Origin: Vitrella brassicaformis CCMP3155
Lineage: Eukaryota; Protista; Chromerida
Assembly: GCA_001179505.1 (NCBI GenBank)
Contig: CDMY01000989.1
Coordinates: 62,001-126,000 of the forward strand
Reading direction: 5' to 3'
DNA: 64,000 bases
Shown here piece by piece: positions 13,592 to 25,679 of this stretch; within the stretch, counting starts at the first letter, position 1, and the number at the start of each line of letters is the position of its first letter. A program made the position numbers and the translations under genes. The notes beneath the pieces are model-generated. The model ran no database searches and was not told the DNA's origin. It saw only the letters and a list, made by a program, of their open reading frames with translations.

Positions 13592-14176
13592 TGCAGCAGC
13601 GTGCAGCCGGGCATGTACCCCATCCTTTATGTGTGTGTAAGTCTCTTTGTTTAGTTATTTGTCTGTCTGTCTGTCTGTTTACTTGGTTCTGATCTGGGTG
13701 ACAAGAGTGACAGCTGCAGATCTAGACATGGGTGCCGTGCGGACGTATGTTAACAGAATGCTGATGTCGAAGTCGACACGCACACACATAAGCAAGGCAG
13801 CCATACAATTTGTCCATCACAATTCGTTTTGGTAGCTGCCAGAGAGAGAGAGAGACAGAGAGAGATGTCGCTTGCAAAACTCATTAGCGACAAACAGCAC
13901 ATCAACCATCAAGACGACAACAAGATTCTGTCGGCACCCCCCTGACACACACATACATACAGGTGAAACCACTGCTGCTGTTGCTGATGTAGAATAGACG
14001 TCATATTATATATCTGTGCACGCACAGACGTAGAGAGACCTATTTCACTGTCATTATGCACACGCACACACACAAAGAAAGCGCCGCCCACCTCCCTGCC
14101 TGCCTACAGTCAGTCACGCCCTCGAGGGCACCCCTGCTACTCACACTTGCGCACGCTCTCTACAGCCCCCTCTCAG

Positions 14177-14635
14177 TCACTGTAAGAAGAGCCCCTTGGC
14201 CATCTTCTTCTCCAGACGCTGCTGTGCTCACCGGCTGGCCCGACTGACCCCAGACGACGCAGCCGCAGCGGGGAGTGAGGAGGACGCCTTGGACGCGACG
14301 GCTTTGACTAACCCCATCACCTGCATGCATTCAGTGCATTGATGCATCGGCCACAGACACACACATGCAGTGCAGACTTACGAGCTCGTGGTCGTCTTGG
14401 TCCGTCGTGTAGTGCGAGAGGCGGCCTCCATCGATCAGATCTTTCAGCTGGCGGAAACAGTCCAGCTGTTGCGGGTGGGTCAATCAGTCACGTAGACAGA
14501 CACAAGGAGGGAGGGAATGGGTGTCGATGGATGACGCACGCGCCCGTGTGTGCGCGCACCTGTGCTATGTGGTCGGCCATGAGGTTGCTGTGGGTCTTGC
14601 CATTGGCAACTTGTTCGTCGCCATACCTGCGAACA

Positions 14636-14673
<38 letters not shown>

Positions 14674-16468
14674 TGGGATACACATGCACGTCTCTACTTG
14701 TTGCCTTCATGCGCTGACTTGAACTTGACGATTTCCATGAGGATGTCGGCAGCCATGTGGCGGTAGCCGGCCTCGCCCATCGGCGGAGTGCGAGTCAGGA
14801 AACCCACCAGCGTCTGGCACACGGCGGCGGGGAGGGCCTCATACTTGACCAACTGCTCACACACACAAACACGCACGCATACACACACCATATCGTGGCA
14901 CGTAGGCAGGTGTGTGGGGTTCAGTCTTGCCTTGTCGGTGTGCTTTTGGGCTATGTGCCAGATGGTCTCGATGCATCGGTCGCGTCCCAGCTCCCCGTCC
15001 GTGTCGCACATCCGGCCCAGCAGCATGGGCACAGCACCAGAATCGAGGAGCACCGACAGATGCCCTCTGCCTGCAGCTCACTCACACACAGACATACACA
15101 TACATACATACAAACTCACGGCCACGTGTCGTGTGTGTGTTGTGGTGTGGGTGGGCGCCTGGATGGCTCCCCGCTGCATGCGTACGTGCGAGAGCTCGCG
15201 GGACGTTGAGGGCATGGGCCATGCTCAATAACCCCCAGCCGATACGCTCGGAGCCCATGGCCGACACCAGACCCTTCATGGCTTCGGCCCTCGGCAGATA
15301 CTCAAACAACGGACCAAACACTGCACACACGCATATATCCACACGTGTACACACAGCTGCCTGCCTGTTTTGTCTGTGGCCCTGGTCTTCTCCTCTCCCT
15401 GCTCACTGGCGGGGTCGCCCCAACGGGAGGGCGAGGAGTTGAGCATGACGCCCAGCACACACGCCGCTGACCCCTTAGCAACGAGACTGCTGTCAGAGGA
15501 CGCCAGCACCGACACCAACGGCTTGATGTGCGGCGTGGCGTGCTTCTTGAAGGCCTCCACGTGGTCCTCTTCGATCCACGCCCACCGGTCGATGAATCAA
15601 TCAACGAGAGAAGGCACCCACGGCACACCACAACAAACACCGATGACAGATGGGTGAATCGGTTCCTTTGCCATCTTGCTTGCTCACCGGCTGAGAGGCC
15701 AGCCTTTTCCGAGTAGTAGCCTACAGTTTTCGGTACGAGGAGGAAGACCCTGTCGGCTCTCTTCTTCTCCGCCACTCGCTCCATCTGCTTGTCGCTCAGA
15801 ATCATGTCCGTCGCCTCGCCGAATCCCCGATACCGCTCGTCCCACGGGGTCATCGACCTGCTGCACGTCAGGAAGTCGATGGCAGCGTCAGCCAGGTCGT
15901 CGGGCTCTAGCGTCTTGGCAGCGACCGCCGCACGCTCCAGGAGGTCACGATGGCCGCCGATGATGGCGTCACGGATGGTGTTGTTTTCCTCATCTTGCAT
16001 CGCCAGGGTGAGCATCGTGAAAAGGCTGATCTCGACGAAGAGGCGGTCCGCGCTCGGCACTGCAGCCACGGCCTCCTTGAGGCGGCCCACCTCGGCCAGC
16101 AGCTGCTGGGAGTCACCGCCGAAGTCCCAGCTGAGCGTCACCATCAACGCCACGACCATCGCTGACCGACAAGCCAGCAATCGCGGCTCGGGGTCCGCCG
16201 TCGTGTCGCACATGGCGTGCATGAGGCAGCTGCGCAGGCCCTGGCCGACGGGGTCTGCCTGCATGGCCTTCATGGTGTCTTGCACGACGTTGTTCTCGGA
16301 CCCGCCAGCCTCCTGCAGGTTGATCAACATCTGATACAGCTCGCGGAGACGCTGAAGCCGCTCGCTTGCCGTCCCGTGTGATGACTGAAAGCCCGAAGCT
16401 GCCGAAAGGAGGTCGGAGAGGGACACCCCGTGGGGTACGTCGGCGCGATGCTCATCAACCGCGAACAT
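14177..16468 (-). CDS. Alpha-helical (ARM/HEAT-like) repeat protein
   Basis: Long first exon (15302..16468 ORF) plus spliced exons with ARM-like segments: IKPLVSVLASSDSSLVAKGSAACVLG, LLDSGAVPMLLGRM, RCIETIWHIAQ, RHMAADILMEIVK. The 3' end is approximate. Confidence 0.65.
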
Positions 16469-16574
16469 CGTGGCTGCTCAAAACGGGAAGGCCAGATCTG
16501 CGCTGGCAGGGATGCCGTGCTGCAGCCAGAATCAGCGTCACACGCCCGGGGTCCAAGGCTCGAACTCGGGGTCC

Positions 16575-16595
16575 AGGGTTCAGGGTTTAGGGTTT
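16575..16595 (+). repeat. Short interstitial telomere-like repeat (AGGGTTC AGGGTTT AGGGTTT)
   Basis: About three GGGTT(T/C)A units read directly from the sequence, between two divergent genes. Confidence 0.55.
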
Positions 16596-16621
16596 CGGCG
16601 GCTGCCGAAACCTGGGCCGTC

Positions 16622-17970
16622 ATGGAGCGTGAGCGGGACCGCCAACAGCACATTCGGAAGTTTCGAGTCAGCCCCGGCCTTTCTGTGGAGCGCCCGGCTG
16701 CCTCTCGCGTTCAGGCCCGTGTGGCCGTGGTGGGGGAGAGCGGGGTGGGCAAGAGCGCCCTCCTGGAGGCCTACCTGTTCGGCGCACCCAGTGGGTCCAG
16801 CTCTGGCGGCCGGGAGGGACACGAGGGGACCGCCACGCTGCAGCCCAGATACGCTGCCAGGAGATTCCCCTGCGGCACAGTGGAGTTCTTCGGTGAGCCA
16901 ATCAGCCCACTCACGACACTCCCATGCATCACTGTGTGTGTCTGTCTGTCTGCCTGTCTGTCTGTCTGTCTGTCTGTGCACCTGTGTGTCATCAGATTTG
17001 CCTGGTCTGTCTGTTCCCTCTCTGCGTGACGGCTGCCTGCCTCTCCTGGAGCGGTGTGACGTCATCATTCTCGTCTATGACATCACACGGTACCCCACCT
17101 ACGAACGGCTGACCACCCACTGGTGCAACGTCATCCAGTCACTCAGCCACCGCCCCTCCCGCACTCCGCCATTCGTAGTGGTGTTCGCCAACCAAATCGA
17201 CCGGTGCATGGCGCCACCAGGCCGCAGCGAGGCCACCCACCCCCTCCCCCTCCCCCACTCTGCTGTGGTCATGTCGGTTGCCAGCACAACAGAGGACTGC
17301 AGGTCGACAAGCGGCGAAGGGCCGGTGAGCAGCAACACGTCCCCCTCGCCCTTCTCGGCTGCACGGCCGGTGAGGGTGCGTGAAGCCGACCACCCACACA
17401 GTCTGGTGGAGGCGTCCAGGGACGGGCTGAGGTATCTGTATGAGCGGCTGAGCAGCTACGAGATGCCCACACTGGCAGCAGCCAAGGCGACACTTGCCGG
17501 CCAGGGTGAGGGTGCCAGTGAGGGCAGGGGTGGGGCGGTGGATGGTGCGTCGGGCAGTGGGCGGCAGGTGTCGACCTCACAGGCACTCAAGTGGACCAGA
17601 CAGAAGGTGAGAAGGAGAACAGCTCTCAGACAGACAGACAGACAGACAGCAAGCTATGTGTGTTCTGCAGGGTTACCCCTATTTTGAGACGAGTGCCTTC
17701 AATGTGGCGTCCGTCCGTCTGGCCGTCAACGACTCCCTCCTGACCTACTTCAGACAGCAAGAACAAGCCCAAACTTACCGCCATGGTCCCTCGTTTGCCG
17801 AGTGGCTGTCGGTGCTGGACAGCCCCGAAGACCGGCAGTGCATCGGGGGTGCGGTGCCACAGATGTTTGCAGGCGACGAGCAGCCGATGGACGAGCTCAA
17901 GGGAGGAGGGCTCTTCGGGGCGGGGAGGGCGTGTTGCGACGTCACGCAGATGCCATGTGTGACGCAGTGA
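16622..17970 (+). CDS. Atypical Ras-superfamily (Rab/Miro-like) small GTPase
   Basis: G1 VAVVGESGVGKS, G3 DLPGL, CDVIILVYDIT..TYERL..W, G4-like VVFANQID, G5 YFETSA. The C-terminus ACCDVTQMPCVTQ* is CC/CaaX-like. Confidence 0.8.
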
Positions 17971-19082
17971 GCGACGTTGAGAGAGAGGGGTACGTACGGT
18001 TATTGGTGTGAGCGGATGGGTGTTGGTGATATTAGTTTTCCGCCACGCCATGCCATGAGTGTCGATCGACCATGTCAGTCAGTCAGCTGTGTTGTGTATT
18101 TGTCTGTCTCACTTTTTTCGTCTTGCTCGGTTGTGGGTGGTGGGTGGCAGTGTGCAGATGGATGGATGGATGGAGGGATGGATAACGGACGTGTGTGTAG
18201 ATGGCTGTGGGTATAGCGGTGGACAGAGAGGCGGGATGGAGGCTGACGTGGTGTGGTGTGGTGTGATGTGCAGGTCGGTTGCTGTCCGGCTGGCCGACGG
18301 CTGGCCTGGCTGTGCGTGTATATCTTTGCATTAGCTCGTCTCGGTCACTGAGATGACTGACTCGTCGAATGGTGAGTATGTGTAATTCATGTTCATGCCT
18401 TCGCGACGAAAGACTGAGTGCGGATGGCTGGTGCTCTCTCAATGCTTCTTTTGCAAAGCTTCACATCAAGTACCACTGTCCGTTCAATCAGTCAGTCCGA
18501 TGCCCACACCAATCCACACACACACACACACACGTGCGTCAGATAGAGAGAGAGAGATGTGTGTGGCTGCTGGATGGCCGTGGTATGCCATCCGTCAGAC
18601 ATAGCCGGCCACACACATGACCCCCTCCTCGGATGGGTGTCTGTCTGTCTATCACACACTTACACACACGACAGCGAATTAGCTGGAGGGATGGAGACAT
18701 GCACACACGCGATTGCGGCCTTTCGGGCCACACACGTGAGTCAGTGAGTGAGCCGGCCCATCCCTTGACCAAAAATGAGACCACAGCGGATGAGTATACC
18801 CAGCCCCACCACACATACACACACGCCAAGAGTAGAATGGCTGCAATGGCCGTGGTAGGCCATCCTCACGCACGCACAATGGCGAGTTGGAAAAGGGGCA
18901 GAGGTAGGCAGACGTGCGCGCGGGAGACGTGAAGACACGGAGCACGGGAACATGCGATTAATGTGTCCATTGCATGGATGTGGCAGTGAGTGAGTGAGTG
19001 AATGGTCGGCCCATCGGCCGCCCGCAAGCCATACATGCTATCCTCCGTCTGCATCTATCTCCCTCCCTCCCCCTCTCCTCAC

Positions 19083-21980
19083 TCACTTGGCCTTGTTGCT
19101 TTTTTTCTTGCCCCCCTTGCCCCCCTTGTCTCCCTCGCCCCCCTGCTTCAGCACTAGCTCCATGCGCAGCATGTTGATGAAGCTGTCTTTCCACCCGTCC
19201 CCGTCCACATCACACACAGACGATACCACACTGTACACCGACCCCACCTTCCTCTCTGCCTCCCGCAGCAAAGCCGTCAGGCCCTTCGAGTGGCTCGGTT
19301 CGAAGTCGCCGTCTTCGTCCCAGCCCCACTCGCCCTCATAGTCAGAATTGGCGGCCCGGCGTCGCGCCTTGGCTGTCATGAGCGACTCTGTTGTGAGCTT
19401 CAGGTCGATGCTGGCTGTGGCTGGCTTGATGGACATGAGCAGAGACAGCACAGACCGAACACACCCCTTGCTGATCTCATACGCATTCGACACGCGCAAC
19501 GACTTGACGGCAGGGTAGGCTAGCTTAGGCACCGGCGTGTGAGATGAGTCGGGCAGCGCACTTGACATCAGCCACAGGCTGATGTGCAGCTCATCTAACT
19601 CACGGGCATGCAGATACGACACACACTGCGACACGGTGCGGAGGCTCAGTGCCCCGAGCCACACCTCACGCACCTCCGCCAGGCTGCCCAGCAGCTGCTC
19701 CAGCCTGGCAGCCTCAGCACCGGTCGGCAGGGCGTTGTTGCGGGCACCGTCGGTTCCAGACCCGCCGCTCGATGCGTTGATGTAGAGGTGCTGGATGTTG
19801 GGAAGGTGAGTGTTGCTGCCGCTCTGGTCCTTGGCCACCAGCCACTCGGGGATGCTGGTGATGAGCTGACGGACAGGGGTGCTGCCGTCGTTGTGGTGTT
19901 GGGGATGGATGGAGAGCTTGGTGGCCGCTGGAAATGTCAGCAGCTGCCCCCACGTGTCGTGCAAAGGGGCGCCGCCGTACACAAACTTGACCTGGAGAGA
20001 ACACGGGACACAGGGCAGACACGTGGGCAGACGTGAGCCGTGTTCCCAGCCGTGTGCTGCGTGTCTCTCTCTCCCCCTCCCCCTCTCCCTCCCTCCCTCC
20101 CTCCCTGCCTGCCTCTTCCCTCCATCCCTCCCTGCCTCCAATTGCCTGCCTGCCTCCCTCCCTCTCTCCCTCCCTCACCGCGTCGCATTCGGTCGTCAGG
20201 TCGGTGATGAGTTGGGCTACAGGTCCGTGCGGGGCCGGAGGTGTATCGGGTCCCTCCTTGCCGCAGTCGATGACGATGTCGTCATACTGCGGCGGGCTGT
20301 CCGTGTCGTAGATGCTACGCTCGAAATGGTCGTCGTAACTGCACAAGACACACACAGACACAAACAGAGTGTGTCCGTGTCTGTCTGCGATTCGTTTGTT
20401 GCTGCATGTCTCAGTCACCGTGGCATCCACACGATTTGGCATTTGGTCTCCTCGGCCCAGGTGAGGAGGTCCTGCAGGGCGAAGTGGTTGGGGCCGCTGC
20501 GGTCGGTCAGCTGGCGGCTGAAGTCGGGGCCAAAGGCGAACCGATGGTGAATGGTGATGGTCTTGTCCACGTCTGCACACCACAGATGACACATGCAGCA
20601 AAGAGCGCCTCCCTGTGTGCTACTAAGCTGCCCAACCCCCCTCCCACCTTTCATGTGTTCGGTGCGCCAGTTGGTGTCGAGTGCCGCACTGAGGCGGCCC
20701 AGCGGGTCGTAGATGTACTCAACGCGGCTGACACACACGACAGCAGAAAAAGGGAAACATGACTTGACGCCCTCCCATCTATCTTCTCGCCCAGCTCACT
20801 TAGGTTCTCTGTAGTCTGTCTCGGGCGGAACGAGATGGAGGCCGCTGATGCTCGTGAGCTTGGGGCAACCACTCAACGAACTGACATCCACACACACAGA
20901 CACACACACACATCAAGAGGGAAGAAAACATTTGTGTGTGTGATGAGATTGTCTTGTCGTCCACTTGTGTCTACCTGGTGAATGCCTGCCACTCGTCCCC
21001 CTCGGTGACATCGATGACATCGGCCTTGATGGACGTGATCTCGGCCGATGAGGTCGACACGATGTGGGTGACGGCCGGCAGGTGTGAGATGCGCTTGCTG
21101 CAGCTGAGTGACTCGTCACACACCTTGCCCACACTCAGCACCTCCAAACTCGGAAACACCCACTTGCGATCCCTGACACGACACACAACACACAACAGAC
21201 AACACACAACGCCACACACAACACACGTTTGCGTCTCTGCCGCCACCGCTCCCCGCCCCTTTTGTCCTTACTTGACTAGGTCTAGGTGGCGTGTGTCGGT
21301 GATGTGTAGCTGCCGGGGCTTCTCAAACACCACTGGCTCCTTACCCTCTCCCTCCCCCGGCCCCTCCCTATTGCCGTGTCTGTTGGGGCCATAGCATACA
21401 CGCCTCGGGTCGTCGACACCAATGTGGATGAGCGTGGCCTTGGACGCCTCGATGCACTCCACTGCAGACGGCAGCACATCATTGTGGCAGTCGGTCTCGA
21501 TGAACGCCGTCTTGATCTTACTCTGACCCACACAGACACACGCGAGATACACATCCATCTGCCCACCATGCCCACCCCACCCCCTCACCGACCCACCAGT
21601 CGTGTTTTGAGTGTGTCGGTGGGTTTGATCTTCTTCCAGTAGTCGTACTCCTTTTTTGAGATGGTGAGGTCACGGTAGAGGACGCCGTAGGTGGCGTCGG
21701 TGGTCTTCTTGTGCAGCTGCTGGCACACGAGCGAGAGCGGCTTGCGCTCGATGGTGGTGAGGAAGTCGCCGACTTCATAGACGGTCTCGGCCTCGAGGTG
21801 AGCCAAACCAACGCCAGCAACCTTATCCTGGCACAAGAACGAGAACTCATCTCCACGGAGGGCAGATGGACGGCTGTTGTTTGGTGGATCATGTTCGCTC
21901 ACCGATTTGTTTGCCATGTCGACATCCTCCTCTCCCACCCGCGGCTGCTTGGCCTTTGCGTTGGCCTCAACACGCGACAT
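19083..21980 (-). CDS. F-box-like / LRR-like lineage-specific protein, copy A
   Basis: Spliced ORF starts MSRVEANAK. It contains F-box-like LAHLEAETVYEVGDFLTTIERKPLSLVCQQL, then FPSLEVLSVGKVC and LPNIQHLYI (LRR-like). Close paralog at 25680-28396. Confidence 0.7.
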
Positions 21981-22379
21981 CTGATCTGCATATGCACACA
22001 CAGAGAGGCCATCGATGGGACCGGACCGTGCCACCAAATGGATGGATGGATGGATGGATGGACCGGATGGATGTGATGAGGTATCGCTCTCACCGTACCT
22101 ACCTTACAAATGCACAGACACACGAGATTTTGAGGATCGTGACCCCCGTGAAACGGGATACGAGTTCAAGACTAAATTGGCCGAAATCAGCCCCCATTTC
22201 CAGTGATACTATTCTTTGTTCAAAGTCTTTAGAAAAACAGTTCTCCTTCGGTCAACAAGGAGCCGTTCCTTCACGCGGTCACTCTCTTGTCCGCTGCAGT
22301 GCAGTGTGCATTCTCGAGGGCCTCTGCAGCACAAAACGTTGCTTATTGGAGGGACAGCAGTTCACTCGTCGCTGACAGG

Positions 22380-24493
22380 ATGCTGACCCGCGCGCAGGTG
22401 AGGAGACAGAGGGGAAACGACCGCACGGACGGTGGGGGCGCCGTCTCATCCTTTGTCACCGCATGAGGAGCCCATCCACGGCCCAAAAATGCCTGCCTGT
22501 AGCCATATCGAGGCTGCCTGCATGGCCTCATTGTCGCGTTCGTTTTCTTCTGTGTGTGTGTGCCGACTTACGGTGCAGGCTGCCGCCAAAAAGGAGTTGG
22601 AGCGAGAGACCCAGGAAGCAGCTCAGCTCGCTGCAGTGGCCGCCGCCACCGGGGGCATCCGCCTCTATGACTTCAACCCCTTCGTCGATGCCGAAGACGA
22701 CGAGCCCCTCGACAAGGCCGCCCAGAGGCGACACAAGAAGAAGATATCCGCCCCCGAGAAAGACCATCAAAGGGATGTAAGGACGGGCACCAACCACAAC
22801 AAATCCAGAGGGGCAGCCGCACGGCAGCCCGCTGCGAGGAGGGGCCGGGTGAAGGGGAAGGGGAGTCGGGAGATGGGGGATGTCCATATGGGCGAAGGAG
22901 AGGGCGAGGATGTCGAGATGATGGATCAGGGAGATAGCAATATGTTGGCGAGGGAGGCCAAGAAGCCCCCCCATCATGCCGCCGCCCAGCAGCGTCGGGC
23001 TGCCAAGGAAGATATGGAGAAGGATGACATCCACAAGGCAGCCCTCATCGAGGGAGAAAAGGAAGAGGAGCCCCTCCGCAAGAAGAAGAGGAAGAGGAAC
23101 AAGAAATCCGTCGCCCGCGCCGCCAGCCATGATGCGCACGGAGACATGGAGATGGACGTCGTGGAGGCGATGGGTGGAGGGATGGCCCTCAAGACGGCTG
23201 TGGAGAGGGGCATGTGTGACGCTGTCGATGCTCTGCTAAAGCAACGACAGCAGCTGGCCGGCCAAGGCCTGCTCCACGCCCTCGCCGAGGCCAAGAGCGT
23301 CCCCGACGAAGACAAGGTGCGCATCGCTGAGGCACTGCTGTCCGCTGACCCCTCCCTGGCCACCGAGACCGACTGCAACCTCCAGACGGCCCTCCATCGT
23401 TTCTGTGAGCTGCCCCTGAAGGACCCCAAGCGGCAGGAGCAGCTGCTCGATCTGCTGCACGCCAAGGGAGGAGCCGCCATCATCCACACTCAGGACGCCG
23501 AGGGCTGGCGCCCCCTGCACGTCGCAGCAGCGTCCCACCGCGGCCATCATGCGAGCGGCACTGCGACCGTCAAATGGCTGTGCGGCCATGGGGGCAAGGC
23601 GCACGTCAACGAGGCGGTAAATGTGGACGGAGACGCCTTCGTGACGCCCCTGTCCATCGCGGCTATGCATCCGGCCATTCCGCTGACTCGTCTGCGCGTG
23701 TTGATTGAGGAGGGCGGCGTGGGCAGCAGGCTGCCAGCGGAGGGTGAGAGTGATGGCCAACAGCCGGCTGCAGGGAAAAAGAGGAAGCGCCTGTCGCCGG
23801 CAGAGGCGGCCATGGAGACAGCGGGGAAAAGAATCGAGAAGGTGCACAAGGAGGGAGGGAGGGAACATGCTCTCATGGTGCTTACTTTTGTGGCTGTCTG
23901 GGTGGTTGTCAGGTGATTCGGGCATCCAGGAGCAAGGAGGAGGCAGCGAGGCCCCGGGAGGGGAGGAAGAACAAACAGGAGGCCGAGGCCGAGGCAGCTC
24001 GGATGCGTCGGAGCCGGTTGGGCCGTGAGTTGGAAAAGATAGTCAACGACGCCCTCGGGCCGGTCCGCTGGCTGAAGGGCAAGGACGCCCCCCTCCTCAA
24101 GCACCTCGAGGCGGCCCACGGCGTCCCGGCTCATGTGCTGGCTCAAGGCGTGAGCAAAGTCGCTGAGCCTCACATGCAGGACAGCTATGACATCCCTGGT
24201 CTCAACGTGGACGGGGACACCAAGCACAAAATCGCTGCCGACATCCGACAGCATATCTTCTACGCAGCCTGGATCATCAAGGTGGGTCAGGCAAGAGGGA
24301 GCCACTAAGCCTTTTCCATGTCTACATGCTCTCTCGTATGTGTGTGTGTGTACAGACCAAGGGCAACGAGCGTTTGGTGGGCAGCCCGGCCCGCGGCATC
24401 GCACCGAACCCCATGAAGATGTGGACGGACAGCACGACGGGCGAGCGGCTGGACCTCTTGCAGCGAATCGAGAGACGCCTTGGATGGGCGTGA
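22380..24493 (+). CDS. Ankyrin-repeat protein with low-complexity charged N-terminus
   Basis: Exon 1 MLTRAQ splices in phase to AAAKKELERE. Ankyrin motifs: TDCNLQTALHRFC, QDAEGWRPLHVAA, VTPLSIAAMHP. The 3' end is approximate. Confidence 0.8.
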
Positions 24494-25679
24494 GTGAGTG
24501 AGTGAGGGAGGGAGGGAGGGAGGGAGGGGACGGACTGTGCATGTGATGTGATGCGATGTGTGTGCATCGATCGATCGAGGGGCTGGTGAGTGAATGAGTG
24601 AGTGAGTGTTGTTTGTCGACTCATACAGACAGACAGACAGCCAGACAGACAGACAGACCTGTATGTGTGCAGCATTGGATGGACCGGCATCCTTGCTGTG
24701 CTGCATTCAGTCATGTGCTGTCGGGCGTTTGTGTATTGTCATGAAGGCGCCCATGTACGTGTCGCCGCGTATTCCGTCTCCGAGGGTAGAACGACGCGAC
24801 ACTTCTCTTGAGATGCATATATTACCTGACCCATACACCACCAACGGCCAACACCCAGGTGGTCTCCCAAATGCGACAACCAAGCAAGGTCATCTACCTC
24901 AGCCAGCGAACACACTCAGCGGCCGCCGATCGATGTTCTCGCCAGTGGCCAACGCAACCATCCATCACATCAATGGCAAGCCACGGCATGCAGCGAACTC
25001 ATTGGGTACACATGCCATTCAGTGACACGCACACAGCCGTCTGTCCATCCAGTAACGGAGGAGCAATGAGTGCGTGCTGGCGTGGGTGGAGAGGTGTGTG
25101 TGTGAGTGGGAGACACAGAGAGAGACATGCACGTGCTTGTGTAAGCACATTTGTGGATCGGTGGATGCCGAATTACTCACACAACACAGCACTGGTGCAC
25201 TTGGGACGAAGGCATTATGCAATGGTGTGCCGAGTGGGGTGCATGGCAAAGGCAGCCAGCCAGAGTTTGTTGGTGGTGACAGGTAGACGATTAACTTTGT
25301 ATGTTAGGGAACCGAGAGATTCAATCCAATGACATCGACTACCGGGTATTGTCCATCCATGTTGCCTGCCTGCGCATGCAGTCAGTCCGATGCCACACCC
25401 AACACCAAAACACACACATACACACACATGCACGTCAAGAGTAGAATGGCGGCGTGCTAATGGCTGTGGTAGGCCATTCTCACGCACGCGCGATGGTGGA
25501 TTAGAAGAGGGGCAGGGGCACGCACACACGCACACAGACTGGCATGGAGGCACGAAACATGGAACACGAGCATGCGAGCAGTGAGTGAGTGATTGATTGA
25601 GACAGTCGGTTCCTCCCCCGCCCGCAAGCCATGCTACCTACCTGCCTACCATCTGCACCAACCGACCACGTCGCCTCAC

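Noticed and set aside
15789-16334. Long antisense ORFs (also 22974-23489, 23236-23925, 31900-32295, 38909-39541)
   Set aside because: These are shadows of GC-rich coding sequence on the opposite strand, with no recognisable motifs or splice support.
16430-16468. Apparent overlap of the ARM-like and GTPase coding regions
   Set aside because: The GTPase more plausibly starts at ATG 16622, which removes the overlap. The upstream in-frame extension runs through the promoter and telomere-like repeat.
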